Origin: Amoebophrya sp. A120
Taxonomy: Eukaryota; Protista; Dinoflagellata
Length of the DNA: 64,000 nucleotides
NCBI GenBank assembly: GCA_905178155.1
Contig: CAJINV010000002.1
Location: 12,896,204-12,960,203, forward strand
Direction of reading: 5' to 3'
This document shows, one piece after another, positions 10,501-25,500 of the stretch (position 1 is its first letter; every line of letters starts with the position of its first letter). Under the pieces are notes generated by a model. That model did not search any database. It had not been told where the DNA came from and saw only the letters and a list, made by a program, of their open reading frames with translations. A program made the position numbers and the translations under genes.

Positions 10501-13500
10501 CTTCGCACACCTAGGTTCCGCACTCTCCATCCGGGACTACGTGCGCGCGTTCGCCACCTCCGCCTACAGCTACGTGAAGCTGGCGTCGAGTTTGTCACTG
10601 CGCGGCCACGCGAGGATCGGAGTGACGCTGAGTCTGTTCAGCCAGTGCCAGCAGGGAAAAGCCATGTCGCTACTCGGGTGCAGTAACCTCGGTTCCAGCT
10701 TGAGTTTGCGGACGTTTTCCCGGATCGGATCCACTTTCTCCATCTACGGGCTGGCAAGATGTGGGAGTGCAATTTCCATGCTGGATTTCACGGTCGTGAG
10801 CAGCAGCGTGTCTTTGAGGACGTTTGCGCGGTACGGCTCGACGATTTCTGTCTACGGGTTCAGTCGACTCTCGTCCAGTCTGTCCTTGCTCGACATTGCG
10901 CAGTTGAACATCGGAATTTCGCTGCGAAGCGTGACGAGGTTCGGCTCCAGCTTGTCCGCCTACGGTATGACGCGGTTCGGTTCGGGGGTCAGTCTTTTGG
11001 ACCTGATCCACATCGGAAGCGCGTTCTCCGTTCGCGGCCTCGTCCGACTGGGAAGTTCGATGTCGCTGTATGGGCTGAACCGCATGAAATCCAGCTTCTC
11101 GATCGTGGACTTCGTCAGGATAGGCTCCAGTTGCAGCATGCGCGCCCTCGCGCGCCTCGGCTCCGCGCTTTCCGTGTTCGGCATCTCGAGATTGGGATCG
11201 GCGATCTCTGTGCTCGACTTCGCGTCGATCGGCAGCTCGTTCAGCATGCGGAGTTTCGGGCGATTCGGCTCCAGTTTGAGTCTGTACGGCTGCGCGCAGA
11301 TCCAGCACAGCATGTCCGCCCTGGATTACATGCACCTCGGGTCGGCGCTGTCCGTCCGGAGCTTCATGCGCATCGGGTCCACGACGAGCATCTACAGCAC
11401 GGTGCGTTTTGGCTCCGCGGTGTCCCAGCTGGACTTTATCACGCTGGGTTCTGCTTACAGTCTGCGCAGCTTCGCGATCTTGATGACCAACATGAGCGTC
11501 TATGGCCTGTCGAAGATGGGATCGTCGCTTTCCGCGCTCGACATGCTGTCGCTGGGGTCCGCCTTGAGTCTCAGGTCGTTGTCCCGGTTCGGCGTCGGTA
11601 TTTCGGTGTACGGGATTTCGCGGCTGTCGTCCTCGTTCAGTTTGATGGACTGCCTCAACCTGGGTTCGACGTTCTCCGTCCGAGCGCTCTCGCGCATGGG
11701 CGTAGACCTGTCGTGCTACGGGGTCCAGACGCTCGGTTCCAGCTTGTCCCTGCTTGACTACATGTCCTTGGGGTCGACGCTTTCCTGTCGCTTCCTCGCG
11801 AGGTCGGGATCAAGTGTGTCCATCTACGGATTTGCGAAACTGGGATCTAGTATGTCCATCCTGGATTACGTGCAGGTTGGTTCCAGTCTGTCCTGCCGCG
11901 TGTTGGGCAGAATGGGATCTGCCCTGTCCGTGTTCGGGTTGATGCGGCTGGGGAGCAGTTTCTCCGTGCTCGACTCTGTCAGTCTGGGCAGCGCGTTCTC
12001 AGTGCGGTCCTTCAGCCGGTTGGGTAGCAGTATGAGTGTGTTCGGCATTTCAAGATCCGCGTCCAGCCTTTCCATCCTGGATTTCACGCTGATCGGGTCG
12101 ATGGCCAGTTTGCGCAGCTTCGCCCGCTTAGGCTCGACGCTCTCCGTCTACGGGTGCAGCAAGATCGGCTCTGCGTTCTCCATCCTCGACACCCTGCAGC
12201 TCGGCTCGAACCTGAGCACGCGGAGTTTCGCCCGAATGGGATCGTCCTTGAGCTTATACGGGATTGGCACCACGGGCGCACTGCTATCTGTGCTCGACTA
12301 CATCTCATGCGGCAGCGCCACCTCGCTGCGAAGCTTCGCCATGTTCGGCAGCTCTTGCAGTCTGTACGGGACCGCGAGACTAGGGATCCAGACCAGCGTG
12401 CTGGACTTCACCGGGATGAATTCCGCATTGTCGATCCGGTCGTATTGCCGGTTCGGCTCCAGCATGTCGCTGTACGGATTTGGCCGTCTGGGATCCAGTC
12501 TGTCGATTCTCGACCTGTTTCACGTCCGCTCGAGTCTCTCGCTTCGTTCCTTCGCCCGCCTCGGATCCAGTCTGAGCTTGTACGGGTGCAGTTACTGCGG
12601 AAGCACGCTGTCCATCCTCGACTGCTTCAATCTAGGGAGCAGTTTATCCCTCCGGAATTTCTGCCGCCTGGGATCGAGCATCTCCCTCTACGGAGTGAGC
12701 GGGCTGGGTTCCGGCATGTCGTGCCTGGACCTCTGCTTCCTAGGATCATCGCTCTCTTTAAGGACGTTCTCGCGGTTCCCCGCGAGGATGGAGCTGTTCG
12801 GGGTGAACCGACTGGGATCGGCCGTCTCCGTACTCAGCTTTCTCTCGCTCGGCTCGACCTTCTCCGTCAGAAGCATGATGCGCCTCGGTAGTGGGCTCTC
12901 CATCTACGGGACGCAGTACCTCGGCTCTAGCGCCTCGGTCCTCGACTGCATGTCTCTGGGCAGTACCATGTCGGTGCGCTCACTATTCCGGATGGGCAGC
13001 TCCATGTCGCTGTTCGGGCTGCTGCGGCTCGGCTCCAGCTTGTCGCTGGTAGACACGATCATGTGCGCGAGCAGCATCAGCTTGCGAACGCTCTCCAGGT
13101 TGGGTAGCTCGTTCAGTATCTTCGGGCTGGTGTCTTTAGGTTCCAGCTTGTCGATTCTGGATTCGGTCTACTTTTCCAGCACTCTGTCAGTGCGTGGTCT
13201 CAGCCGACTTGGAAGCAGCATGAGCGTTTATGGAATCAGCCGCGTGGCCTCCTCCTGCAGCCTGCTCGACGCGTTTTCCCTCGGCTCTGCGCTGTCCTGC
13301 CGCACGTTCGCACGCATGGGGTCCGCCAACAGTCTCTACGGCTACGGAAGACTGAGTTCCGCCTGCAGCGTTTTGGACTTCGTGAACGTCGGGTCGTCTC
13401 TGTCTTGCCGCACACTGGCCAGGCTGTCGTCTTCCATTTCCTTGTACGGGATCGGGAAATTCGGCGGGGCTTTGTCCATTCTGGACACGGTTTCTCTTGG

Positions 13501-16500
13501 GTCGACGATGTCTATGCGCAGCATCAGCCGCATCGGCTCCGCGGTAAGTGTCTACGGGCTCGCGACCCTCGGCGGCGGATTGTCGATCCTCGACCAGATG
13601 TCGCTCGGCAGTAGCCTTTCGGTCCGCGGGTGCAACCGACTCGGGAGCGCTTTGTCCGTCTACGGGATGAGCAGATTAGGCTCCAGTTTGTCCATGATTG
13701 ACTACTTCATCATGGGCATGAGCTGCTCGCTGCGGAATTTCCTGCGCGCGTCCGACGCCTGCTCAGTGTACGGTATGTACCGCATGGGATCGCAGATGTC
13801 GACGCTGGACTGCATGTACCTCGGTTCTATGCTGTCCATCCGCAACTGCAGCCGGCTGGGTTCCGCATTGTCGTGCTACGGGATCGCACGGTTAGGGTCC
13901 GGCTTGTCAGCCTTCGACTACTACCACCTGGGGTCGATGCTGTCGCTTCGGTCGTTCCTGCGGATCGGGTCCAGTTTGTCGATCAACACACTGCACGAGC
14001 ACTACAACAGCTTCGACTCCGCGTGCCACATTTGCGGCGCGGCGCGCGTGATGAGCAGTTTGTCGGTGCGGTCCTTCGTGCGGCTCGGGTCCAGTATGAG
14101 TTGCTACGGGACGGCGCGGTTGGGCAGTGCGATGTCGATTTTGGATTTCATCGCCATGTCCAGCTCGATTTCCGTCCGGAACGCGGGCAGGTTAGGCAGT
14201 TCCATGTCGGTGTACGGCGTGACGCGACTGAGTTCTTCATGCTCCGTGCTCGACCAGGTCCAGATTGGGAGTTCCCTGTCGCTCCGCGCTTTCCTGCGCA
14301 TGGGCAGCTCGCTTTCCGTGTACGGTTTCACGAAGATCGGGAACGGGGGTTGCAGCATGCTGGACATGCTTTCCATCGGATCCAGTTTGTCGCTTCGCGG
14401 CTACGCGCGGTGCGGAAGTTCGCTGTCCATTTACGGGCTGAGTTTCTTGAGCAGTTCCATGTCGGTCCTCGGCATGGTGACTGTTGGAAGTTCTCTGTCC
14501 CTCCGCAACTTCGCGCGCCTGGGAAGCAGTCAATCACTCTACGGAATCTGCCGCTTCAGCTCCAGCATGTCAGTGTTGGATACGAACCTGTTTGGCTCGG
14601 GGATTTCCCTGCGGTCCTTCGCAAGGCTAGGGTCCGCGGCGTCCCTCTACGGGGTCAGCAGATTCGGCGGCAGTATGTCGGTCCTCGACTTCTTCACCGC
14701 CGGGTCGTCGCTCTCCCTGCGCAGTTACGCCCGCGTGGGCTCGCAATTGTCGGTGGTCAAGATCTTCAAAAACAGCGGGAACAACAGCGTGATGGACTAC
14801 GTCTTCATGGGTTCCACGTGTTCCGTTCGCGGATTCGCGAGACTAGGTGTTACCACATCGGTCTATGGCATGTTCCGGTGCGGCAGCAGATTTTCGATCA
14901 TCGATTATCTGCAAGCGGGATCGGCATTGTCTCTGCGAAGCTTTTACCAGGGGGGATCCGCTTTGTCGATCTACAACCTGGTCAGGTTCGGAAGCCGCTG
15001 CTCCGTTTTGGACTTCTTCAATCTCGCCGCCGCGCACAGCACCCGCAGGTTTGGCCGGTGCGGAAGCTCGTTGAGCATCTACGGGATGTTTCGCATCGGC
15101 AGCTCGCTCTCGACGCTCGACTGCTTCCACATGGGCAGCACGTTGTCCGTGCGCAACTATGCGAGGTTGGGATCCGCGCTGAGCATTTTTGGAATGACCA
15201 GGCTGGGATCGCAGCTTTCCGTACTTGACGCGATCTCCTTCGGCTCCTCCATGTCGTTGCGGAACTTCCTGCGACTGGGCTCCAGCTTGAGTGTGTATGG
15301 CATCTCGCGCATGAGCAGCTGCTGCTCCTTGCTGGATGCGATCAGCATCGGCTCGGGCATGTCGATTCGGCACTTCGGGCGCCTCGGGAGCAGCTTGTCT
15401 GTCTACGGAGCGGCACGGTTTGGATCTGGACTCTCTCTGCTGGACGCATTTGCCCTCGGCTCGAGTTTGTCCTGCCGCACGTTTTTGCGTGTGGGCTCCG
15501 CATTCTCGGTGTACGGAATGTCGAGACTGGGTTCGCAGCTGTCCGTGCTGGATCAGGTGCAGATGGGAAGCTCCATGAGCGTGCGAACCTTCGTTCGGAT
15601 CGGGTACGAGACCAGCATCTATGGCATGTCTCGCATGATGTCACAAATGAGCGTGTTGGATTTCGTGCAAGTCGGGTCGGGCATGAGTTTGCGACAGTGC
15701 GCCCGCTTGGGATCCGCAACCTCCGTGTACGGGCTGTCTCGGTTCGGCAGCTGCCTGAGCATTCTGGACTCGATCAGTTTGTCGAGCAGCTTCTCCGCCC
15801 GAACGTTTTGCCGCTTGGGAAGTGCACTCAGCGTCTATGGCACCAGCAGGATGGGAAGCTGTTTGAGTCTGCTCGACTTTCTGCAGCTCGGAAGCGGCCT
15901 TTCCGTGCGAAACTTTGCCAGACTCGGGTCCAGCTGCAGCCTGTTTGGCATCTGCAGAATGAGCAGTTGCCTCTCTGTGCTGGATTTCATGAACATGGGA
16001 AGCGGATTGTCGGCGCGAAACTTCGCAAGACTCGGCAGCTCCATGAGCGCGTACGGCATTTCTCGCATGGGATCCTGTCTCTCCATGCTGGACTTTCTGC
16101 ACATGGGGTCGAGCATGAGTGTGCGAGCGTGGGCAAGGCTCGGATCGAGCTGCAGCTTGTTCGGGATGGCGAGGCTTGGCAGCTACATGTCAGTCTTGGA
16201 CTTCATCACCTTCGGTTCCACGATGTCGCTGCGGTGCGCCTGCAGGCTGGGTTCCGCGATGTCCGTCTACGGCGTGGCAAGACTCGGGTCGTCCTTGTCC
16301 CACCTGGATTTCTTCCACCTGGGTAGCGGCATGAGTCTGCGAAACTTTGCGCGACTCGGATCATCGCTGTCACTGTACGGCATGGCGATTGGCGGGTCGG
16401 CCATGAGCTTGCTGGATTTCCTGCACATCGGAAGCTCGCTGAGTATCCGACAGCTCGGAAGATTAGGAAGCTCGCTTTCGATCTTCGGGATCACGCACAT

Positions 16501-19500
16501 CGGATCGCAGTGCAGCTTACTGGACTTCATGAACATCGGGAGCTGCATGAGTGTACGCACGCTCGCACGACTCGGATCTGGGTTGAGCGTTTACGGTCTG
16601 GGAAGGTTCGGCAGTTCTATGTCGGTCCTCGACTACGTCTGCCTTTCCTCCAGCTTGTCGCTCCGAACGATTGCGCGACTCGGCAGCTCGCAGTCCGTGT
16701 ACGGTCTGGTGCGGATCGGAAGCAGCATTTCGCTGCTGGATTTTTGCCACATCGGCTCCAGCCTATCGGCCCGGATGTTCGCGCGACTTGGATCTAGCCT
16801 GTCGATTTACGGCTGCGCCCGCCTGGGGTCACGGATTTCAATCCTCGACTTCATCACCTTCGGCAGCTCCGTCTCAGTGCGCAGCTTCGCCAGGATGGGT
16901 TCCAGCTTAAGTTGTTACGGGATCGCGCACCTGGGCAGCAACCTGTCTGTCCTTGACAGCAGCTTCCTCGGGAGTTCGTTTTCCGTCCGCAATTTCGCGC
17001 GGTTCGGCTCTGCGTTGTCCGTTTACGGGTGCAGTAGGCTAAGCAGCTACATGAGCGTGCTGGACATTTTGCACATCGGCAGCAATCTTTCCGCTCGGGG
17101 CTACGCGCGGTTTGGTTCCTGCATGAGCGTGTACGGCATGGCAAGATTCGCGAGTACCATCTCGTGCCTGGACATGTTGCACATCGGCTCGGGCTTCAGC
17201 CTGCGATCCTTCGTGAGGCTGGGTTCTGCGCTGTCTGTGTACGGAACCAGTAGGCTGGGAAGCAACCTGTCCGTGCTCGACTTCGTGTCCCTCGGCTCCG
17301 GCATTTCGCTTCGCAACTTCGGCCGGTTAGGCAGCAGTCTTTCCGTGTTCGGGATTGTGAAGATGGGCAGCGCTTGCAGTTTGCTTGACGCGATCCAACT
17401 GGGCTCCTGCGTCTCCATGCGTTCCTTTGCCAGACTGGGATCCAGCATGTCGATTTTTGGGCTCGGCCGGTTCGCGAGCAACTGCAGCATCCTCGACTGC
17501 CTGCACGTGGGATCCACAACCTCGATCCGCTCATTCGTCCGGCTCGGCAGCACTCTGTCCGTCTTTGCCATGGCACGATTGGGAACCTCGATGAGCATCT
17601 TGGACTTTGTACACTTGGGCTCCTGCTTGAGTGTGCGGAGCTTCAGCCGCTTCGGGTCCGCGCTGTCCGTCTACGGGATCACGAAAATTGGGAGTTCGTT
17701 TTCCGCACTCGACTTCGTGAACATCGGTAGCAGCATGTCGGTCCGCTGCCTGGCGCGGTTAGGGAGCACGCTCTCTGTCTTCGGTGTCTCCATGATCGGC
17801 AGTTCGCTCTCCGTCTTGGACACCATGCTGCTGGGCTCCTCCCTCTCCTTCCGGTCCTACGTGCGTCTGTCTAGCACTTGCAGCGTGTACGGTTTCGCGA
17901 AGATCGGCTCCGCCTTCTCGGTGCTCGATTTCATCACGTTCGGGTCGGCGCTGTCCCTTCGCTCCGTCGTGCGCCTCGGTAGCTCGGCCTCTGTCTACGG
18001 CATAAGTCGACTGGGATCGGCCATGTCGGTGCTCGACATTTTGCACCTCGGCAGTTCCCTGAGTTGCCGTTCCTTCGTGCGCTTCGGAAGTTCCGTCAGC
18101 TGCTTCGGGCTCGCCCGGTTCGGCTCGCAGATGTCCGTTCTCGACTGGCTGCAGCTGGGAAGCTCTTTGTCCGTGCGGAAGTACGCGCGACTGGGATCGA
18201 CTGTCAGCGTCTACGGCATGACCCGGTTCGGGTCCGGGGTCTCTGTCCTCGACATGTTGCAGCTTTCCTCATCGTTCTCTCTGCGCGCGTTCTCCCGGAT
18301 GGGAAGCTCGATGTCCGTGTTCGGGATGAGCAGATTAGGCTCCAGTCTATCCGTGCTTGACTTCATGCACGTGTCGTCCAGCTTGAGTCTCCGCAGCTAC
18401 TCGCGACTGGGCTCCAGCTTGTCCGTGTACGGGTGCTCGAGCTTCGGGTCCAGCCTCTCCCTCCTGGATTTTAGCCAGTGCGGATCCGCGGTGAGCCTGC
18501 GCACGATCGGCAGACTCGGCAGTGCGCTCTCGGTCTACGGGATGGCGAGATTTGGCAGCGCTTTGTCGATGCTGGACAACATCATGATTGGCAGCAACAT
18601 CAGCGTCCGACACATGGGCCGGCTTGGCAGCTCGCTCAGTATTTTCGGCATCGTCCGCATGGCCTCGTGCTGCTCGATGTTCGATTTCGCGTGCGTCGGG
18701 TCCGCGTTCAGTGTCAGGCAGCTCGCGCGATTGGGATCTTCCCTGTCGGTCTACGGTGTATCGAGGCTTGGCTCCTCGTTATCCGTGCTGGATTTTGTGT
18801 CCGTCACGTCCTCGATCTCCGTCCGCAGCATGTCCCGACTCGGATCCTCCGTGTCCATCTACGGGCTGCTCCGGTGCATGAGCAGCATGTCGCTCTTGGA
18901 CGCGGCGAACATCGGCTCCGCCGTGTCTATTCGCACGTGCGCCCGGCTGGGTTCCGCTCTCAGCGTGTACGGCATGTTGCGGCTGAGCAGTGCCATGTCG
19001 GTCCTCGACGTGACACACATCGGAAGCTCCATCTCCGTTCGCACCTACGCCAGGTTAGGGTCAGCGCTATCTCTCTACGGGATGTCGCGGTTCGGCTCCA
19101 GCTTTTCCATCTTGGACGCCGTCACGCTCAGCTCCACCCTATCCGTGAGAAATTTTGCGCGCTTCGGATCTAGTTTGTCCGTCTACGGCATGTGTTTGTG
19201 CTCGAGCTACCTCTCGGCGCTCGACTTCTTCCATATCGGCAGCTCGCTCTCGGTCCGGAACTTCTGCCGACTCGGATCGTCGCTTTCCGTTTTTGGACTT
19301 GCAAGACTCGGGAGTAACTTGTCGATGCTGGACAGCTGCCAGGTCGGGTCGGGAATTTCCGTGCGGTATTTCACCCGCTTCGGGTCCGCCTGCTCGATTT
19401 ACGGCATGGTCCGCATGGGGAGTCAAATGTCGGTGTTGGACTTCACGACGTTCGGTAGCAGCGTCAGTGTGCGCTGTCTGGGGCGACTCGGGAGCGCGCT

Positions 19501-22500
19501 CTCGCTGTACGGTGTGAGCAAGTGCGGCAGCATGCTGTCGTTGCTGGATGCGGTCAGCCTCGGGTCGAGTCTGTCCGTTCGGGGCTTCGCGCGCTGCGGA
19601 TCGAGCATGTCCGTGTTCGGTTTAGTTCGGCTGTCCTCCAACCTCAGCATCCTCGACGCAAGCATGATTGGCTCGGCGGTATCGTTGCGTTCCGTGGCCC
19701 GATTCGGTTCCAGTGCCTCGGTCTTCGGCCTAGCGCGACTGGGTTCCGCGATGTCCGCACTCGACTACATCTGCTTGGCCTCCGCCCTTTCGATCAGGTC
19801 CTACGCGCGCATCAGCAGCTCCTGCTCGGTGTTTGGGATAGCCAGACTCGGGTCGTCACTGAGTTTGCTGGAGAGCTGCATCATGTGCAGTTCTTTGTCC
19901 TTGCGGTCATTCGCGCGAATGGGCCGCTACCAGGACGGCCGTGTGGGCACCAGCATCTACGGACTGACCCAGTTCGGTTCTAGCATGAGCATCCTGGGCC
20001 TGCTGCACCTCGGCTCTAGCCTGAGCATCCGATCGCTGTGCCGTCTGGGATCCGCACTCTCGCTGTACGGATTTTCGCAACTAGGCAGCAGTGTTTCTGT
20101 CCTTGATGTGACGCACTTGGGCAGCTCCCTGAGCTTGCGCCACTGCGCCCGCCTCGGATCCGGAATGTCGGTTTACGCCACGATCCAGCTCGGCAGCAGT
20201 CTGTCGGTGCTCGACTACCTGCAACTCGGAAGCTCCATGTCGACCAGAAATCTCTGCCGACTCGGATCAAGTCTTTCCCTTTTCGGTATGGCCAGACTGA
20301 GTTCCGCAATGTCCATCCTGGATATCTGCCACCTGGGTAGCAGCATGTCGATCCGAAACTACGGCAGGCTTGGCAGCACACTTTCCGTGTTCGGAATCGC
20401 GCAGTTTGCCTCGGCGATGTCGATACTTGACATTTTCGAGCTCGGATCCTCGCTCTCCCTGCGCGGATTGGTTCGCATGGGCAGCTCCAGCAGCGTATTC
20501 GGGCTGACCAGGCTCGGCAGCAGTTTCAGCTGCTTGGACTTCTGCAGCTTGGGGTCGACGCTCAGCTGCCGGTCGTTCTTGCGGTTGGGCTCCAGCTTGA
20601 GCGTGTTCGGCTTGGCGAAACTGGGCAGCAATCTTTCGGCCCTCGACACGGTCTCACTCGCGAGTGCCCTCAGCCTGCGGTACTACACGCGGTTCGGGTC
20701 CAGTGTCTCCGTGTACGGGGTCATGAAGATGGGATCCGCCTTGTCGATCCTCGACGCCGTCCACCTCGGCAGTGCGATCAGCATCCGGTCCTTCAGCCGG
20801 TTAGGATCCAGTTTGTCCGCCTTCGGCGTCGCCAGGCTGGGGTCCAACCTGTCCGTTCTCGACTTCGTGTCGGCCGCGAGCGCGTTCTCGTGCAGGACCT
20901 ACAGCAGATTGGGGAGCACGCTCTCCGTGTACGGGATGGGCAGAATGGGAAGCTCCTTGAGTTTGCTCGACTATATGACGCTGGGCAGTTCCGTTTCCAT
21001 TCGCAACATGGCGCGGGTTGGATCTTCCCTTTCCGTGTACGGACTGGTTTCCTTCGGCAGCAACATTTCGGTCCTCGATTTCATGTTGCTGGGCAGCACG
21101 ATTTCCGCGAGGAGCTTTGCCCGCCTCGGATCTGCAGTTTCAGTGTACGGCATGAGTCAGTGCGGCTCCAGCATGTCGCTACTCGACTTCTCGGCCTTCG
21201 GCAGTGCAATGTCCCTGCGCGGATTCGCACGGTTTGGAAGCTCTTTATCAGTCTACGGAATGTGCCGCGCGGGGAGCAGTTTATCGGTGCTGGACTTTCT
21301 GTGCATCGGTAGTCAACTCTCGTTGCGGAGCTACAGCCGGTGCGGAAGTTCCTTCAGCATCTATGGCTTCAGCAACTTCGGGTCGAGCCTCTCAGTCCTC
21401 GATTTCTTCACTATCGGCAGCAGCACCTCGATCCGGTCCTTCATCCGGCTCGGCAGCTCATTGAGCGTGTTTGGCGTGATGCAACTGGGCTCTTCCGTTT
21501 CCGTCCTCGACGTTCTGCACCTGGGCTCGAACCTGAGTCTCCGGACTCTGAGCCGACTCGGAAGCTCCTTGTCCGTTTTCGGGATCGGGAAGCTCGGCAG
21601 TGCGATGAGCATTTTGGACTTCACGGTCTTGGGCTCCGGTCTCTCGATGCGCACGTTCACCCGGCTGGGTTCCTCCGCGTCAATGTTCGGTATTGCGCGC
21701 TTGAGCAGCGGCTTGTCGATCTTGGATGCGGTGTCCCTCGGGTCCAGCTTCTCGGTGCGAGCGGTCGCACGCCTGGGATCCAGCCTGAGTGTCTTTGGGA
21801 TGGCGCGGCTCGGCTCCATGTTGTCGATTCTCGACGAGGTGCAGCTGGCGTCGTCCTGCAGTCTCCGTCATTGCGTGCGGTTCGGATCCAGTTTGTCCGT
21901 CTTCGGAATGACGAAACTCGGGAGCTCGTTGTCGATTCTGGATTTCGTGACGATTGGAAGTTGCATGTCCGTACGCGGGTTCAACCGCTTCGGATCCAGT
22001 CTTTCCGTTTTCGGCATCACCCGACTCTCCAGCCAGATGAGCGTACTGGACTGCATGCAACTCGGATCCAGTCTTTCGATTCGCAGCTGCGTGCGGCTAG
22101 GAAGCAGCGTGTCTGTCTTCGGGACGCTGTACATGGCGAGCAGTTTGTCGTTATGAAATGCAAAATTGTCTGGGTCTGAATGAGCGGCACACAACTGCGT
22201 TTTTGCAAAATGTTTTGAAAGTATTTTGAAGATATTTTGAAAATATTTGAAGCATATTTGGAAAAATATTTTGGCACAAAGTTTTGAAAATATTTTGCAG
22301 GTATTTTGAAAATACCTTCGAAAATATTTGGGCGATACTAAGGCAATAGTTTCCTATGTAGATGTTCGAAAGTAAAGTAATTTCCTTGCGCCGCTCATCC
22401 AGACCCAGACATTTTTGCATTGGATAGTCGTTGCTGGATTTTGTGCAGCTGGGATCCACTTTGAGCGCGCGGTCCTTCGCCCGGATTGGTAGCCGATTGT

Positions 22501-25500
22501 CGGTGTACGGCTTGTCTCGCATCGGCGGCGGCGTTTCCATTTTGGATGCCATGTGGTTCGGATCAACTTGCTCGATCCGCAGCATGGGCCGCCTCGGCTC
22601 TGCCATGTCCCTGTACGGGATTGCGAAGATGGGAAGCAGTTTGTCCATCCTGGCTGGCGTGGAGATCGGGTCGGCGATGTCATTGCGAAGTTTTGCGAGG
22701 TTCGGGTCCGCCCTCTCGCTCTACGGGTTTTCGCGCTTGGCGTCTGGCTGCTCCGTGTTGGATCACTTCCACCTGGGGTCGGCCCTGTCGGTCCGGACTT
22801 TCGCGCGGCTCGGATCCAGCTTGAGTCTCTTCGGCATCGCGCGGGTAGGAAGTTGCGTTTCCATCCTGGACTTCGCCAACTTGGCCAGTGCGCAGAGTGT
22901 GCGAAACTTCGCGCGACTCGGCAGCAGTCTTTCGATGTTCGGGATTTTCCGCCTTGGGACGCAACTTTCCGTTCTGGACTTCATCACGTTCGGGTCCTCG
23001 TTATCGTTGCGGTACACGACGAGACTCGGCAGCACGACCAGCATCTACGGGCTGGCAAGGCTTGGAAGTTTGGTTTCTGTCCTCGACACCGCCCATGTTG
23101 GGAGCAGTCTCTCGATGCGGTACTACGCCCGCATGGGAAGCACCTGCTCCGCGTACGGACTGATGCGCTTCGGATCCTCTTGCTCAATCGTGGACATGCT
23201 GACCCTGGGGTCCAGTTTCTCCACGCGCGCGCTCTGCCGCCTGTCGAGCACGATGTCAGTCTACGGAATGACCAAAATTGGCTCCAGTCTGTCCATCTTG
23301 GACACGCTGTCTCTCGGCTCGGCGTTGTCCCTGCGGTCCTTCGCCCGCTTTGGGTCAAACGTCAGTTTGTACGGGGCTGCCAGACTGGGCTCGTCCCTCA
23401 GCGTCTGCGACTTGTCCACGCTGGGGTCGACTCTTAGTTTCCGCAGTATCTGCCGCTTGGGATCGGTGATTTCCGTGTTCGGATTTTCCAACTTCGGTTC
23501 CAGCTTTTCCGTGCTCGACATGCTAACCCTCGGTTCAGCAATGTCGCTAAGGTCGATCGCCCGGCTCGGAAGTTCCTGCTCAGTGTTCGGATTTTCGCAC
23601 CTGGGCAGTTCCATGTCAATGCTGGACACGGTGCAACTCGGGTCTGCGTTGAGTGTCCGCTCGTTCGCACGATTCGGCTCCAGCATGTCAATCTTCAACA
23701 CGATGCGACTGGGCAGTTGCTTTTCCGTGACGGATTTCCTCACGCTGGGATCCGCGATGAGCATCCGGTCGTGCGGCCGGTTCGGAAGTTCGTTGTCCTT
23801 GTTCGGCTGCGCCACGATGGGATCCGCTATGAGTGTTCTGGATTGCTGCATGCTGGGCTCCACGTTCAGCGTACGCTCGTTCGCCCGGTTTGGCAGCGCA
23901 GTGTCCGTTTTCGGCCTCGCAACACTTGGAAGCAGCTTTTCCGTGCTGGATTTCGCCAACATGGGATCCACCCTTTCCCTCCGAAGTTACAGCCGCATGG
24001 GAAGCGCCATTTCCGTCTACGGTTTCGCAAAACTCGGCTCCACCGTCTCGGTTCTCGATGCCGTCAGCCTCGGCAGCGTTCTGTCCGTCCGCTCGTTTGC
24101 GCGACTCGGAAGCACGTTGTCCTTGTTCGGGTTCGGCACCCTGGGCTCGGCTCTGTCCGTTCTCGACACGCTTTCGCTCGGTAGCTCGATGAGCATCCGG
24201 TCGATGGCTCGGTTCGGCAGCTCCATTTCCGTGTTCGGGTTGAACCGACTGGGATCCTCGATGTCTCTGCTGGACGTGGTGCAACTCGGCTCCAGTTTGT
24301 CGGTACGCAGCTTTTCGCGGATGGGATCCTCCCTCAGCGTCTTCGGCGTAGCGCACCTGCACAGCGGAACCTCACTTTTGGACTTCATGGTGCTCGGAAG
24401 CGCAATGAGCCTGCGGACCGCGACGAGGCTGGGAAGCTCGCTTTCCATGTTCGGGGTAACCAGGCTGGGCAGCAGCGTCTCTGTCCTGGACTTCCTGGTG
24501 TTGGGCAGTGTCCTCTCCACCCGATCCCTCGCGAGACTCGGCAGTGCCTTATCCGTTTTCGGAATCGTGAAGCTTGGGAGCAGAATGTCTATTCTCGACA
24601 CGTTGCACATGGGATCCACGTTGTCGCTCCGGTGCCTCGGGCGCATTGGTAGTAGCTGCTCGCTGTTTGGAATGTCAAGGATGGGCTCGTCTTTGTCCAT
24701 GCTCGATTTCACGAACCTCGGCAGCGCCATTAGCCTGCGGTCCATGAGCCGCTTTGGGTCGACGCTCAGCTTGTACGGTGCTGCGAGGATTGGGACGAGG
24801 CTTTCCATTCTGGATTGCTTCAATCTTGCAAGCAGCATGTCACTGCGATCCTTCATGCGTTTCGGCAGTACCTCGTCCATCTACGGCATGAGCAGGTGCG
24901 GTTCGCAGATCAGTTTCCTGGACTTCATCACGTGCGGCTCCACGATCAGTCTGCGGTACCTGCTCCGGTTTGGCAGTTCGCTCTCCGTTTTTGGTGTTGG
25001 TCGACTGGGAAGTCAACTGTCCATCCTCGACTACACCATTCTCGGGTCCAACGTCAGTCTGCGCAGCTTCTGCCGCCTGGGTTCCACGCTCAGCGTGTTC
25101 GGCGTGGTGAACCTGGGCAGCGCAATGTCTCTACTCGACTTCGCTAGCTGCGGGAGCTCCATGTCGCTCCGATCGTACGCCCGGCTTGGATCGGTGATCT
25201 CACTGTACGGTTTCAGCAGGCTGGGTGGCGCGGTCTCTGTTCTGGATTCCATCACGATGTGCAGCGGTTTGAGCATCCGGAGTTACAACCGCATTGGGTC
25301 AACTCTGAGTATGTTCGGCCTCTGCCGGCTCGGGTCGGAACTCTCAGTGTTGGATCAGTGCCTGATTTCCAGCTCGCTCTCCATCCGCACCTACGCGCGA
25401 TTGGGATCCAGCTTGTCGATCTTCGGCGTTTCGAGACTGGGCAGCTCCCTATCCGTTCTAGACTTCGTGCAGTTTGGCTCGAACGTGAGTCTGCGGAGCT